Positions 20,948 through 30,850 of a stretch of 64,000 bases of DNA are shown here, one piece after another. This stretch comes from Desulfosporosinus sp. (GTDB lineage Bacteria; Bacillota; Desulfitobacteriia; Desulfitobacteriales; Desulfitobacteriaceae). The notes beneath the pieces were generated by a model. The model saw only the letters and a list, made by a program, of their open reading frames with translations. It ran no database searches and was not told the DNA's origin. Location: assembly GCA_020692355.1 (NCBI GenBank), contig JAIMKP010000012.1:5724-69723 (forward strand), in the 5' to 3' direction. The translations under genes were made by a program, and so were the position numbers. Position 1 is the stretch's first letter, and every line of letters begins with the position of its first letter.

Positions 20948-21811
20948 TCAAACTTTGTGCACAGCGTTTAATAGTAGCTTCTCCGCTTCTTCAAGCTTCT
21001 CCAGATTGATCCCGGTTTTTACCCCCATTTCCTCTAAAAACTCAACCAAAAGTTTAGTGGACAAATTGCCCGGAGCACCCGGCGCGTAGGGGCAACCTCC
21101 TAAACCGCCGATCGAAGCGTCAAAGGCGGTGGCTCCGCCTTCCAATGCTGCCAAAACATTCGCTAAACCGAACCCCCTCCGGTCATGAAAATGAGCAGAG
21201 AGCTTGAGGCCAGGATAAGCCAAAGCCAGACTCTGGAAAACCTCATAGACCTGCCGCGGCTGAGCTACCCCGATGGTATCAGCCAGGCCTATTTCTTCCA
21301 CTCCCATACGGACATACCATTCTGCCTGCCAGATGACCCGTTCCCTAGGAACTGCTATTTCAAACGGGCAACCAAACGCCGTGGCTATGTCACCCCGGAC
21401 ACGAATGCCATCCGCATGGGCACGTTCCACAATGGCCTCGAAATCCCGCATGGATTCTTCGGTCGTCCGGTTCAGATTCGCCTTGTTGTGGCTTTCGCTA
21501 GCCGATGCTACGAGATCGACAAAACGAATTCCAGCTTCCTTTGCTCTTTCATACCCACGCATATTGGGCACGAGCGCATTCCAAATCACCTTGGATACTG
21601 ACGGAAGCCTCAACGCCAAGGCATCGGCATCGCTCAAAGCCGGGATCCATTTCGGATGTACAAACGAGGTCGCTTGAATCGCGCTAAATCCCGCCTGGGA
21701 TAAACAAACGGCTACTGCCAGCTTCGTTTCCGTGCTGACAATGATCGGTTCATCCTGAAGCCCATCCCTGAGTCCAACTTCAATGACTTCTACTGTTTGT
21801 GGCCAATCCGT
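20948..21811 (-). CDS. hydroxymethylglutaryl-CoA lyase-like (HMGL/DRE-TIM) lyase; start codon unresolved
   Basis: The open frame extends 58 codons upstream of the first TTG (21637). That extension encodes the conserved N-terminus DWPQTVEVIEVGLRDGLQDE. It contains no in-frame ATG/GTG/TTG. The GAGGAGG SD at 21820-21826 lies 8 nt before an ACG codon. Confidence 0.65.
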   Translation of the reverse strand, partial: TDWPQTVEVIEVGLRDGLQDEPIIVSTETKLAVAVCLSQAGFSAIQATSFVHPKWIPALSDADALALRLPSVSKVIWNALVPNMRGYERAKEAGIRFVDLVASASESHNKANLNRTTEESMRDFEAIVERAHADGIRVRGDIATAFGCPFEIAVPRERVIWQAEWYVRMGVEEIGLADTIGVAQPRQVYEVFQSLALAYPGLKLSAHFHDRRGFGLANVLAALEGGATAFDASIGGLGGCPYAPGAPGNLSTKLLVEFLEEMGVKTGINLEKLEEAEKLLLNAVHKV

Positions 21812-21876
21812 TTAAATCGCCTCCTCGTCACCATTAAATTAAATGAATGCCAATTGTTTTTCTACTATTCTGATTA

Positions 21877-21892
21877 TGCAAAAAACATGCCA
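21877..21892 (-). promoter_or_regulatory. sigma-54 (-24/-12) promoter driving the HMGL-like/CoA-transferase operon
   Basis: The minus strand reads TGGCATGTTTTTTGCA, matching TGGCAC-N5-TTGCW with correct GG/GC spacing. It lies ~65 nt upstream of the operon SD and is divergent from a sigma-54 activator gene. Confidence 0.7.
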
Positions 21893-21944
21893 CTAAGAAA
21901 AAGGACGGTATACTTGACTTAATGCCTCCTAGATCTTATAATCC

Positions 21945-21972
21945 GTTTCATAATCTGTTTCACATCGTTTCA
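21945..21972. promoter_or_regulatory. three direct GTTTCA repeats (candidate enhancer/UAS for the PrpR-like activator)
   Basis: GTTTCA at 21945, 21957 and 21967, 50-80 nt upstream of the -24 element. Confidence 0.3.
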
Positions 21973-22044
21973 TGTTGTTCAACCTTGGTTATAGGATTTA
22001 TCGTTGGCAGATTGTTCACTAAACAATGAAAGGGGGTACGTGCT

Positions 22045-23904
22045 ATGTGTCCGACGATCGGTGTTTTCTGTTATCGGGAACTGGGATACCTCATTAAGGC
22101 ACTGCAGTATAATCTTCCCAGCTCCGTTAAATTGCTGATAAGAGACGGCGTTGTACTTGAGAAAGCCTTGAATATAGCCAGAAAATTAGAAGATAAGCAT
22201 GAAGTCGATGTCATTCTATCCTCGGGAGGGAATGCCAGACTTCTATCTCAGAATTTAAAAACACCTGTAGTCGACATTGCAATTACTGGCTTCGATGTCC
22301 TTTTTGCTTTAAAAAAAGCACAGGAATTCTCCACTACAGCGGCAATTGTTACTTACCAAAGTAAACTCCCCCACTTAGAAAAAGTCAAAGACCTGTTGAC
22401 CGTGCCTCCGAAGGAACTAATCTTTGCGCATCCAGAATCGATCGGGCCAATTCTGGATGCGTTGAAGAGCGAAGGCATTAACACAGTCATAGGTGGTAGT
22501 TTGGTCCTCGAAGCGGCTCGGCAGAAAGATATGCGTGGGATCTTTATCTATTCTATGGATGGCGTTGAGCGCGCCCTGGATATGGCCGTGCAAATTGCTT
22601 TTTCCAAACACTTAGAAACAGAGAAGGCAGAGCAGCTTCGGACTATTTTAGATTTTGCTTATGGAGGAATCATTGCTACCGATAAGTCGGGAACCGTTAC
22701 TGTTTTTAACCCAAGCGCAGAAAAAATTACCGGTATTTCCCGCCACACGATAATAGGGCAAAATATTGAACAATTTCTTCCGACCACCCGGCTAACGCAA
22801 GTGATGAAAACGGGTCAGTCAGAACTGAACAAACTACAGGCCATAGGGGAAGTCCATATTCTTACGAATCGAATCCCTATTATTGTCAAAAGCGATATAA
22901 CTGGAGCAGTTGCCACCTTTCAGGACATCGGTAGCATTCAGGAGGCTGAAGAGCAGATTCGCAAGAGATTATACGAAAAAGGGTTTTTAGCCAAGGCACA
23001 TTTGACGGATATTCTAGGCAACAGCGAGTCCTTGTTACAGGTTAAGAGACAAGCAGCACTCTATGCTCCGAACAGCTCGACGGTACTCATCCTGGGGGAG
23101 TCGGGTACGGGTAAGGAACTGTTTGCCCAAGCGATCCACAATGCCAGTTCACGTTCACCACGACCGTTTGTTGCGATAAACTGCGCAGCTCTGCCAGAGA
23201 ATCTTTTAGAGAGCGAATTGTTTGGCTACGCTGACGGCGCTTTCACCGGAGCCAAAAAAGGTGGCAAACCAGGGCTGTTCGAGTTGGCCCATGCAGGAAC
23301 AATTTTTTTGGATGAAATTGGGGAAATCTCCATGTCCATTCAGGCCAGACTCCTGAGAGTCCTGGAAGAACATGAAGTAATGCGCATTGGTGGCGACCGT
23401 ATCATTCCCGTCGACATTCGGGTTATAGCCGCAACAAATAAACATCTCTGGCAGATGGTAGAACATGGGGTCTTTAGGGAAGACCTCTATTATCGGTTGA
23501 ACATCCTGACCCTTGTGCTGCCATCGTTGAGGATGCGACGAACCGATATGGCCTTGCTCGTGCATAAATTCTTATCGGAACTAAGGCCAGACTTAACTGA
23601 CAACGAAATTAAGAGGATTTCTGAACAACCAGGTTTCCAGGACTATGATTGGCCCGGTAATGTCAGGGAACTGAAAAATTTCGTTGAGAGGTTTTCCGTA
23701 CTTTTGACTCCTGGAACGGATGCTCATTCTTTGTTCGAGTCACTGCTCGTCATGGTTCAGTCAGAGAGAATATTGAGTGACGATGATGAGGAGGAAATTG
23801 AGAATGTATTGCGAAGTGTTCAGGGCAATAAAACTGAAGCAGCCAAAAGGCTGGGCATTAGCCGTACGACTTTATGGAGACGGATGAGAGGGAAAACCCA
23901 CTAA
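22045..23904 (+). CDS. sigma-54-dependent transcriptional activator with PrpR-type N-terminal sensor, PAS, AAA+ and Fis-type HTH domains
   Basis: GESGTGKE Walker A, GAFTGA loop (DGAFTGA) and C-terminal HTH ([16 protein letters not shown]). GAAAGGGGG SD lies 8 nt upstream. Confidence 0.9.
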   Translation: MCPTIGVFCYRELGYLIKALQYNLPSSVKLLIRDGVVLEKALNIARKLEDKHEVDVILSSGGNARLLSQNLKTPVVDIAITGFDVLFALKKAQEFSTTAAIVTYQSKLPHLEKVKDLLTVPPKELIFAHPESIGPILDALKSEGINTVIGGSLVLEAARQKDMRGIFIYSMDGVERALDMAVQIAFSKHLETEKAEQLRTILDFAYGGIIATDKSGTVTVFNPSAEKITGISRHTIIGQNIEQFLPTTRLTQVMKTGQSELNKLQAIGEVHILTNRIPIIVKSDITGAVATFQDIGSIQEAEEQIRKRLYEKGFLAKAHLTDILGNSESLLQVKRQAALYAPNSSTVLILGESGTGKELFAQAIHNASSRSPRPFVAINCAALPENLLESELFGYADGAFTGAKKGGKPGLFELAHAGTIFLDEIGEISMSIQARLLRVLEEHEVMRIGGDRIIPVDIRVIAATNKHLWQMVEHGVFREDLYYRLNILTLVLPSLRMRRTDMALLVHKFLSELRPDLTDNEIKRISEQPGFQDYDWPGNVRELKNFVERFSVLLTPGTDAHSLFESLLVMVQSERILSDDDEEEIENVLRSVQGNKTEAAKRLGISRTTLWRRMRGKTH

Positions 23905-23923
23905 GGGAATTATACATCAAAAC

Positions 23924-23957
23924 AAAAGAGGCTGTTGACTTGTCAACAGCCTCTTTT
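23924..23957. terminator. bidirectional intrinsic terminator between convergent regulator and lactate permease genes
   Basis: Perfect 16-bp stem AAAAGAGGCTGTTGAC / GTCAACAGCCTCTTTT with a 2-nt loop, flanked by A/T runs. Confidence 0.75.
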
Positions 23958-23995
23958 GATCCATTAAGATGACACTTTATAAAACCGACTTAGCT

Positions 23996-25735
23996 TTAAG
24001 GATGATAGGGTGGTATCATGCCTGTAAAGACATAGGCCTGCAACCAGACCAAAATGCCCATGAGAATCGCTAAAGCCACACTATGCCAGAAGACTTTTCG
24101 GAAAATGACGCCGATGGCATCCACACCCTCATCCGGATTTTCATAACAGGCAACTGTGGCCACGGTAATGCTCTGGGCATCAATCATTTTACCCATTACA
24201 CCACCGGTACTATTCGCCGTTACGATCAAGAGCGGATTCAAACCGAGCTGATTTGCCGTAATCTGCTGCAGACTACCGAACATCGCGTTAGATGCCGTAT
24301 CACTGCCCGTCAAAAATACACCCAACCAACCAATCATGACGGCAAAGAACGGATACAGCATTCCGGTTTTCGCGAAGGCCAAACCGAGAATCGCATCGGT
24401 TCCAGCATAGCGCGTCATATAGCCCAAACCAACCACGGTAGCAATCACCGTAAGCGGCACTTTTAGACGGGTAACGGTTCTGATAAAGATTTCTCTCCAT
24501 TGAGTAGCCGTCACTTTGAGGAAGAATATACCGGACAAGAAAGCAGCAATCAAAATTCCCGTACCCGCCATCGTTAGGAGATTGAAACTGTAACTTGCCC
24601 CTTCTGCGGCTTTCGCTACAGCCGTCGGTGACACGGGAGCCGTCCTAAAGACCACCCCAGCCAGGTAAGGAACTTTAAACGTCGGATTGAAAAGGTGATT
24701 CAAGAAAGTCTTCACAGAGGGAAGACCCCAAAGGAAAACAAAGATCGCTAAAAAGACCCAAGGAATCCAAGCCTTGAACAGGTCTTCTCCCGAATGTTTG
24801 GGAATTACGACTCTTGCTTTAACAGGCTTGCCGTCAAGCGCTGCATAAGCCATTTCATTCGTAATAACATTCTTGGGTTGCCAGAATTTAAGGAAAATAG
24901 CCGTAACGATGATGCTAAAAAGGCCTGCTACAATATCCACGAGCATGGTGATGCCGAACTCAGCCATAGTGAACTGTGCCGCTGCGAAGGAAACACCCGT
25001 CACTAAAGTAGCGGGCCATACTTCCCAAACGTCCTTCCACTTGCCCTTTTCCATAAGAACCAGCGTCGCTACCAACCAAAATGGTACGATAACTGAGAAG
25101 AACGGCAATTGACGGCCTGCCATTTGTGTAATCAACTGATGAGGAATGCCCGTCAATGCTCCCAAGGTCAAAATAGGGGTACCAATCGCTCCCCAAGCCA
25201 CAGGGGCTGTATTGGCCACCAAGCAAATTACAGCCGCCGTCAAAGGGCGGAATCCCAAACCAACCATGATCGCACCAGCCACAGCAACCGGCGTTCCGAA
25301 GCCAGCGGCTCCCTCCATAAATGCCCCAAAACTGAAAGCAACAATAAGTGCTTGTAAGCGTCGATCAGGAGTGATTCCGGCGATGGAGTCTTTAAGAATC
25401 TCAAACCTACCCGTAACCAGAGTCATCGTATAAAGGAAAATCGCTCCAAAGACAATCCAGCCAATCGGAAAAAGCCCGCTGAGAGCGCCGTAGCCAAAAG
25501 CGGCCAGCGCAGATTGAGCCGGCATGTTCATCCCAAAAACGATCACAACCAAAGCGACAAGTGCCGCTAGGATAGCCGCATAGGGAGCATAAATTCCCAA
25601 AACTCTGCGACCGGATTTACCCTTGTGTGGATGAAGTGCCAAGAAGTAAAGTAAAGTTACAATAGGTAACGCTGCCAATATTACGGATAAAAAGTCATTT
25701 CCCATGGGATTATAATTTTGAAGATACTTTAACAA
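23996..25735 (-). CDS. lctP: L-lactate permease (LctP family)
   Basis: Multi-TM protein; YLQNYNPMGNDFLSVILAALPIV matches the LctP N-terminus. Start placed at TTG 25735, 7 nt after GAGGGGGG. The longest ORF (to 25843) adds an implausible N-terminus. Confidence 0.8.
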   Translation of the reverse strand: MLKYLQNYNPMGNDFLSVILAALPIVTLLYFLALHPHKGKSGRRVLGIYAPYAAILAALVALVVIVFGMNMPAQSALAAFGYGALSGLFPIGWIVFGAIFLYTMTLVTGRFEILKDSIAGITPDRRLQALIVAFSFGAFMEGAAGFGTPVAVAGAIMVGLGFRPLTAAVICLVANTAPVAWGAIGTPILTLGALTGIPHQLITQMAGRQLPFFSVIVPFWLVATLVLMEKGKWKDVWEVWPATLVTGVSFAAAQFTMAEFGITMLVDIVAGLFSIIVTAIFLKFWQPKNVITNEMAYAALDGKPVKARVVIPKHSGEDLFKAWIPWVFLAIFVFLWGLPSVKTFLNHLFNPTFKVPYLAGVVFRTAPVSPTAVAKAAEGASYSFNLLTMAGTGILIAAFLSGIFFLKVTATQWREIFIRTVTRLKVPLTVIATVVGLGYMTRYAGTDAILGLAFAKTGMLYPFFAVMIGWLGVFLTGSDTASNAMFGSLQQITANQLGLNPLLIVTANSTGGVMGKMIDAQSITVATVACYENPDEGVDAIGVIFRKVFWHSVALAILMGILVWLQAYVFTGMIPPYHP

Positions 25736-25968
25736 AGTCAAACCCCCCTCACAGTAAATCTGAACTTCTGAGATCCTGCCTTTTAAGAAGCTTCCTTCCC
25801 TCCTTTTTCCATATTTAGTGGCCAAATTAGCAGGCAGTGCCATTAGTTTACCTGTTGGTCAGGCCATCTATACATTATTTCAATTCGCCATCGTTTTTTG
25901 TTCTCCTGCAAGACAACAAGGATATTTCCAAAAATTTGTCGAATTGTGATTATTAACACAAATAAAGA

Positions 25969-27258
25969 TTAGCCTCGGCTTACCCGCTCGAAATCCCGGA
26001 AGAATTCCGGGTAGGATACCTGCGCGGCTTCGGTACCTTCGATGGAAACTCCCTGTGCAGAGAGGGCCCCAGCCACAGCCCAGGCCATCGCCAGGCGGTG
26101 ATCCCCGTGGCTTTTCAGGCTTCCTCCCGTTAACCGGGGCCGTCCTATGATCCGAAGCCCATCAGGAAGTTCTTCCACATCCGCGCCTAATTCCTTTAAT
26201 CCTGCTACCACGGTGTTGATCCGGTCTGTTTCCTTGACTCTAAGTTCTGCCGCATCCCGGATCAGAGTCTCTCCCTCCGCTAGAGCGGCGGCCACAGCCA
26301 AAACCGGAATTTCATCAATCAGGCGCGGAATCAGCGCTCCCCCGATTTCCACCCCGCGCAGTGCCGCCGGTCGCACGCGGAGATTAGCCCGTGGCTCCCC
26401 TGTATGTTCGCGTAGATTTAAAAACTCAATGTCTGCCCCCATTTCCTTCAACACATCCACAATCCCAGTTCGGGTCGGGTTCACCCCGACATCGTGCAGA
26501 AAAATCTCCCCGCTTGGTGCCAGGCTACCGAGAACAAGGAAAAAAGCAGCCGAGGAAACATCTCCTGGTACAGAAACATGCTGACCCCGAAGGCGAGCCC
26601 CTCCTTTAACTTGAACACGGGTTCCCTGGTGAACAATGTTCGCCCCAAACGCCTTAAGCATCCGCTCCGTATGATCGCGAGAAGGGGCCGGTTCTTCCAC
26701 AATCGTTTCCCCCTGAGCGTTGAGTCCGGCCAGGATAACAGCCGACTTCACTTGTGCCGAGGCTACCGGTATGCGTATATCCCCACCCGCAAGACTCCCG
26801 CCCACTATCGTGAGTGGAGCCAGGTTTCCGCCCTGTCGGCCCACGATCGTAGCTCCCATCTGTCGGAGCGGTTCGGCCACCCGACGCATCGGGCGCTTGC
26901 GGATGGAGGCATCCCCGGAAAGCGTCGCCGCAAAATCCCGGCCAGCCAACGCCCCTAGCATCAGCCGAATCGTCGTCCCTGAATTCCCGACATCGAGGAC
27001 ATCATCCGGTTCCTGCCAGTTTTCCATTCCCTGTCCGCGGATCCAGACCTCCGTCCCCTGCCTTTCCCACTCCACTCCAAGCTGGCTTAAGCATCTGAGG
27101 GTGCTCAGGCAGTCCTCACCCGGCAAAAAATCAGACACATACGTCTCTCCATGGGCCATCCCCCCAAAAAGCGCAGCCCGATGCGAAATAGATTTGTCCC
27201 CAGGCACAAAAATCTCTCCAACGGCCCGGGAAACCGGGCGAACAAAGATACCGCTCAT
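25969..27258 (-). CDS. aroA: 3-phosphoshikimate 1-carboxyvinyltransferase (EPSP synthase)
   Basis: VPGDKSISHR and LGNSGTTIRL-type motifs. Start at ATG 27258, preceded by GGGAGG. Confidence 0.9.
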   Translation of the reverse strand: MSGIFVRPVSRAVGEIFVPGDKSISHRAALFGGMAHGETYVSDFLPGEDCLSTLRCLSQLGVEWERQGTEVWIRGQGMENWQEPDDVLDVGNSGTTIRLMLGALAGRDFAATLSGDASIRKRPMRRVAEPLRQMGATIVGRQGGNLAPLTIVGGSLAGGDIRIPVASAQVKSAVILAGLNAQGETIVEEPAPSRDHTERMLKAFGANIVHQGTRVQVKGGARLRGQHVSVPGDVSSAAFFLVLGSLAPSGEIFLHDVGVNPTRTGIVDVLKEMGADIEFLNLREHTGEPRANLRVRPAALRGVEIGGALIPRLIDEIPVLAVAAALAEGETLIRDAAELRVKETDRINTVVAGLKELGADVEELPDGLRIIGRPRLTGGSLKSHGDHRLAMAWAVAGALSAQGVSIEGTEAAQVSYPEFFRDFERVSRG

Positions 27259-27291
27259 CGCATATCCTCCCAAACCAATTTCTTGTCATCG

Positions 27292-28200
27292 CTACAGCCT
27301 GGTGCGCACCGTCGCTGCCTGGCGAAAGGCCTCAGCAATGTTCTCCCCGTCCCGGGCTTCAACATACCCCCGAAGTTCATTAAGGCGAATTTGCCATTGA
27401 TCCAGGCCTTTTAGAACGGCCTGTGAATTTTTTATAATGATTTCCTGCCACATCCCCGGAGAACTCTCAACAATCCGGGTTACTTCGCGAAAACTCCGTC
27501 CTGCCAGCTGTAGAGCCGAACCATTCCTGGAAATATCCTCAGCTGCCAAAGCCAAGGCTACAGCAAGTAAATGGGGAATGTGGCTGACCATTGCCACTTC
27601 CTCGTCATGCTGTTCCTTTTCACGCAAAACCACTTCGGCACCTAGTTGGTGCACAACACCTGCCAAGCTTGCCAACGCTTCCTCTGGGCCGTCATCCACA
27701 ATCAGAACATATGGAAAACCTCGAAAGAGGTTTGGATCGGCAGCGCCAAACCCAGATTTCTCCGAGCCAGCCATCGGATGCCCACTAATAAAGAAGACCT
27801 CACTGCTTCTCAACCCTTTATCTGTCCCCAGAAGCCGCTTGACCTCTGTACAAACTTCCCCTTTGACACTCCCGACATCGGTGATGATCGTTCCAGGCCG
27901 CAGCCGTCCGGTCAAAGCCTCAATCCCGTCGCGGATGAGCGGCAAAGGCAACGCCAAGATCACTAGATCCGCGTCAATACGAGGGGGAATCTCCAAAAAA
28001 CCCTGTTCAATCCACCCCTGATCCTGTGCCTGTTTCAGGCTCGTCTCGGAGGCATCGACTGCGCTCACCTGCCAGCCGAGCTGATGCAGGGCACCCGCCC
28101 AAGAGCCTCCGATCAAGCCAAGGCCAATGACACAGGCCTGCGGGCAGCGCAGGCCTTGCCAACCTGGAGAAAGCAGGGGTTTCTGCTCATGCTCCAGCAC
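27292..28200 (-). CDS. tyrA: prephenate dehydrogenase
   Basis: GLGLIGGSWA Rossmann motif and GHPMAGSE active-site region. Confidence 0.85.
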   Translation of the reverse strand: MLEHEQKPLLSPGWQGLRCPQACVIGLGLIGGSWAGALHQLGWQVSAVDASETSLKQAQDQGWIEQGFLEIPPRIDADLVILALPLPLIRDGIEALTGRLRPGTIITDVGSVKGEVCTEVKRLLGTDKGLRSSEVFFISGHPMAGSEKSGFGAADPNLFRGFPYVLIVDDGPEEALASLAGVVHQLGAEVVLREKEQHDEEVAMVSHIPHLLAVALALAAEDISRNGSALQLAGRSFREVTRIVESSPGMWQEIIIKNSQAVLKGLDQWQIRLNELRGYVEARDGENIAEAFRQAATVRTRL

Positions 28201-29241
28201 TTATCCTTCGACTCCCTTCAGATCTCGTTCCAACACTTGGGACAAGCGGGCGAGATCCTTCATCATGGTGCTGAAGTTCTCCGGGGTCAGGGACTGCTTA
28301 CCGTCAGAAAGCGCTTTTTCTGGCTGGGGATGAACTTCAACGATAAGCCCATCGGCACCTGCCGCGAGGGCTGCCTTAGCCATCGGGGTTACCAGGTTCC
28401 AACGGCCTGTTCCATGGCTGGGGTCAACAATGACTGGCAAATGAGATAGGGCATGCAGAGCTGGAACCATGCTCAAATCAAGGGTATTGCGTGTGTAATC
28501 CTCAAACGTGCGAATTCCGCGTTCGCAAAACATCACTTGGTAATTGCCACCATCCATGATATATTCAGCCGCCATCATCCATTCCTCTAAGGTCGACGAA
28601 GGCCCACGTTTTAAGAGGATGGGGCGATTGCTCTTGGCTACTTCCTTTAAGAGGAGGAAGTTCTGCATGTTACGAGCCCCAATTTGTAGAACATCGGCAT
28701 AGTAGGCCACTCGTTCCACGTCCCGGACATCCACCACTTCGGTCACGACCAAAAGACCGGTTTCCTCTCGTGCGTCGGCCAAGTAGCGCAACCCTTCCTC
28801 ACCCAAACCCTGAAAGGAGTAAGGAGAAGTTCTCGGCTTAAACGCTCCGCCGCGCAAAAACGTCGCTCCGGCTTCTTTAACCCTATGGGCCGTTTCTAAG
28901 ATCTGAGCCCGGTTTTCTACTGCACAAGGGCCCGCTATGACGTGAATGTCCTTACCACCAATCTGATGTTCCCCGATCGATATGATGCTATCGGCCGGAT
29001 GAAATTCCCGGCTCACCAATTTATACGGAGACAATATCGGAACCACCTTCTCAACCCAAGGCAAAGCTTCTAAATCCAAAGCGGACAGCCGCGACCGATC
29101 CCCAATCGCGCCAATCAAGATTTTCTCTACCCCTTCGGAAATATGAACCTTAAAACCTTGTTCGCTAAGCCTTTCCGTGATTTCCCTGACCTCATTTTCC
29201 CCTGAACCGTGCTTCAATACAATGATCATCTTGTCTGTCAC
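28201..29241 (-). CDS. aroF: 3-deoxy-7-phosphoheptulonate (DAHP) synthase, type I-beta with N-terminal regulatory domain
   Basis: [22 protein letters not shown] core. A ~70-aa N-terminal extension resembles ferredoxin-like regulatory domains. Confidence 0.85.
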   Translation of the reverse strand: MTDKMIIVLKHGSGENEVREITERLSEQGFKVHISEGVEKILIGAIGDRSRLSALDLEALPWVEKVVPILSPYKLVSREFHPADSIISIGEHQIGGKDIHVIAGPCAVENRAQILETAHRVKEAGATFLRGGAFKPRTSPYSFQGLGEEGLRYLADAREETGLLVVTEVVDVRDVERVAYYADVLQIGARNMQNFLLLKEVAKSNRPILLKRGPSSTLEEWMMAAEYIMDGGNYQVMFCERGIRTFEDYTRNTLDLSMVPALHALSHLPVIVDPSHGTGRWNLVTPMAKAALAAGADGLIVEVHPQPEKALSDGKQSLTPENFSTMMKDLARLSQVLERDLKGVEG

Positions 29242-29336
29242 CCTTTCCCTTATCTTGTCCCTGCCATCCTACCATTACACCTATCTCTTTAAGATAAGAG
29301 TATCACCTTTACTTTTGAAAATTGAAGTGTGCTTCT

Positions 29337-30428
29337 TTATAATAGCAATTCCTTTATGGCCGTGAGCAATTTACCGTTTTCGTCGTGATTTCCCACAGTA
29401 ATTCGTTGAGCGTCCGGATAGCCGAAGGCAACCCCTGGGCGCACGATTACACCCCGACGGAGAAGTTCTTGTGCCAGTTCCGGGCCTTTCCCCGGGAAGA
29501 AGGCAAGAATGAAGTTCGTCTCTGACGGCAAAACCTTGGCCCCTAACGCTTCGAGGTTTACCGTCAATGCTTCGCGTTCTTGGCGATTCTTCTCAACCAC
29601 TTCGCTCAGGTAAACCTGATCGGCGAAAGCCGCCACAGCCCCGGCCATCGCCACTGAATTCACGTTAAACGGGGGACGCACACGATTCAGTGCATCCACG
29701 AATTCAGGCTGGGAAATCGCATAGCCGACACGGACTCCGGCAAGGCCATAAGCTTTGGAAAATGTCTTCAGGACGATAACCGGACGCCCCTCGGCTAGGA
29801 ATTCCAAGCCAGAAAACTTTTCATGCGTAAATTCGAGATAAGCTTCGTCAAAAATCAACAAGACTTTTGGGGGCACCTTCGCCACAAATTCTCGCAAATC
29901 CGCGCTCGTCCGCACGGTTCCTGAGGGATTGTTAGGATTGCAGATGAAAATGGCCCGCGTTTTCTCCGAAAGCTTGGCGAGCATCCCTTCCAACGGATAA
30001 TATCCATCCTCAAGTGGGATCTCCACGGGGATGGCTCCCATGATCCGGGTGACGGTCTCATAACGCGGAAAACTGGGCACTCCCATGAGAATCTCGTCCC
30101 CAGCCCGAAAAAAGGCACTGGCGATCAGTTGGACGATTTCATCGGAGCCGTTTCCAAATATAAAGTGCTCGCCACTCAGCTGAAAATGTTCGACCAAGGC
30201 AGCTCTTAGGACATAGGCGCTCCCGTCCGGATAACGACCAATGTCGGCCAAAGCCTCCTGCATGGCCTCGATCGCACGTGGGGAAGGACCCCAGGGGTTT
30301 TCATTGGATGCAAGTTTAATCACCGCGTTAAGCCCTAGCTCCCGTTTTACCTCTTCAATCGGTTTTCCCGGCACATAATACGCCAGCTCACGAACTTCTT
30401 CACGAATAAGACCTTTAAACTCTGCCAC
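29337..30428 (-). CDS. hisC: histidinol-phosphate/aromatic aminotransferase
   Basis: Class II aminotransferase, 363 aa, KTFSKAYGLAG PLP-lysine motif. Its position in an aro operon parallels B. subtilis hisC-tyrA-aroE. Confidence 0.85.
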   Translation of the reverse strand: MAEFKGLIREEVRELAYYVPGKPIEEVKRELGLNAVIKLASNENPWGPSPRAIEAMQEALADIGRYPDGSAYVLRAALVEHFQLSGEHFIFGNGSDEIVQLIASAFFRAGDEILMGVPSFPRYETVTRIMGAIPVEIPLEDGYYPLEGMLAKLSEKTRAIFICNPNNPSGTVRTSADLREFVAKVPPKVLLIFDEAYLEFTHEKFSGLEFLAEGRPVIVLKTFSKAYGLAGVRVGYAISQPEFVDALNRVRPPFNVNSVAMAGAVAAFADQVYLSEVVEKNRQEREALTVNLEALGAKVLPSETNFILAFFPGKGPELAQELLRRGVIVRPGVAFGYPDAQRITVGNHDENGKLLTAIKELLL

Positions 30429-30477
30429 GGTGCAAAACCCCCTAGAATAGTTTGTTTGTGGATGTTTCCTCTGCGCC

Positions 30478-30840
30478 TCATTGAGCTGCCAAATCTTTTC
30501 TCAACCCTACCGCCCGGCGCAAGTAAACATGACGGACTTGTTTTTGGGAAAGCTCCGTATTGACATGCAGCAAAACCCGAATACACAACGGCATGGCCCC
30601 CTGTACGGGAATCTCCGTTGAGCAAATGAGTGGCACCCGATCCCAGCCGATTTCCCGAGCGAAAGAAGCAGGGAATTCGGCATTGAGATCTGGGGTCACC
30701 GTGAAGATAGCACTGACAAGATCCTCGAGCAATAGCTTGTTTTCCTTCACGAGCGCCTGCAGAAGTTCTTGGGTCGCTTCTCGGATTTGTGCTGAATGGT
30801 TTGCTTCGACCGTGGTCGCCCCACGAATTCCTCTCACCAT
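30478..30840 (-). CDS. aroH: chorismate mutase, AroH class
   Basis: MVRGIRGATTVE N-terminus is diagnostic. Start moved to ATG 30840. Confidence 0.8.
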   Translation of the reverse strand: MVRGIRGATTVEANHSAQIREATQELLQALVKENKLLLEDLVSAIFTVTPDLNAEFPASFAREIGWDRVPLICSTEIPVQGAMPLCIRVLLHVNTELSQKQVRHVYLRRAVGLRKDLAAQ

Positions 30841-30850
30841 TTCAATCACC

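Noticed and set aside
21805-21840. TTTAAAC just upstream of the HMGL-like frame, next to a short upstream ATG ORF (MVTRRRFKRIGHKQ*), considered as a -1 programmed frameshift site.
   Set aside because: In the upstream ORF's frame the codons are CGA-TTT-AAA-CGG, so the heptamer is not in the X-XXY-YYZ register. That ATG also has no SD. A non-canonical start or a pseudogene is more parsimonious.
26720-27400. Long antisense ORFs inside strong genes, for example 26720-27400 (226 aa, antisense to aroA), 37057-37677 (antisense to glcD-like), 57506-58150 (antisense to spoVAF), 54813-55451 and 13599-14237.
   Set aside because: Their composition is Arg/Pro/Ser-rich, typical of the antisense frame of GC-rich coding DNA. 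They have no SD, and the opposite strand carries clear family motifs.
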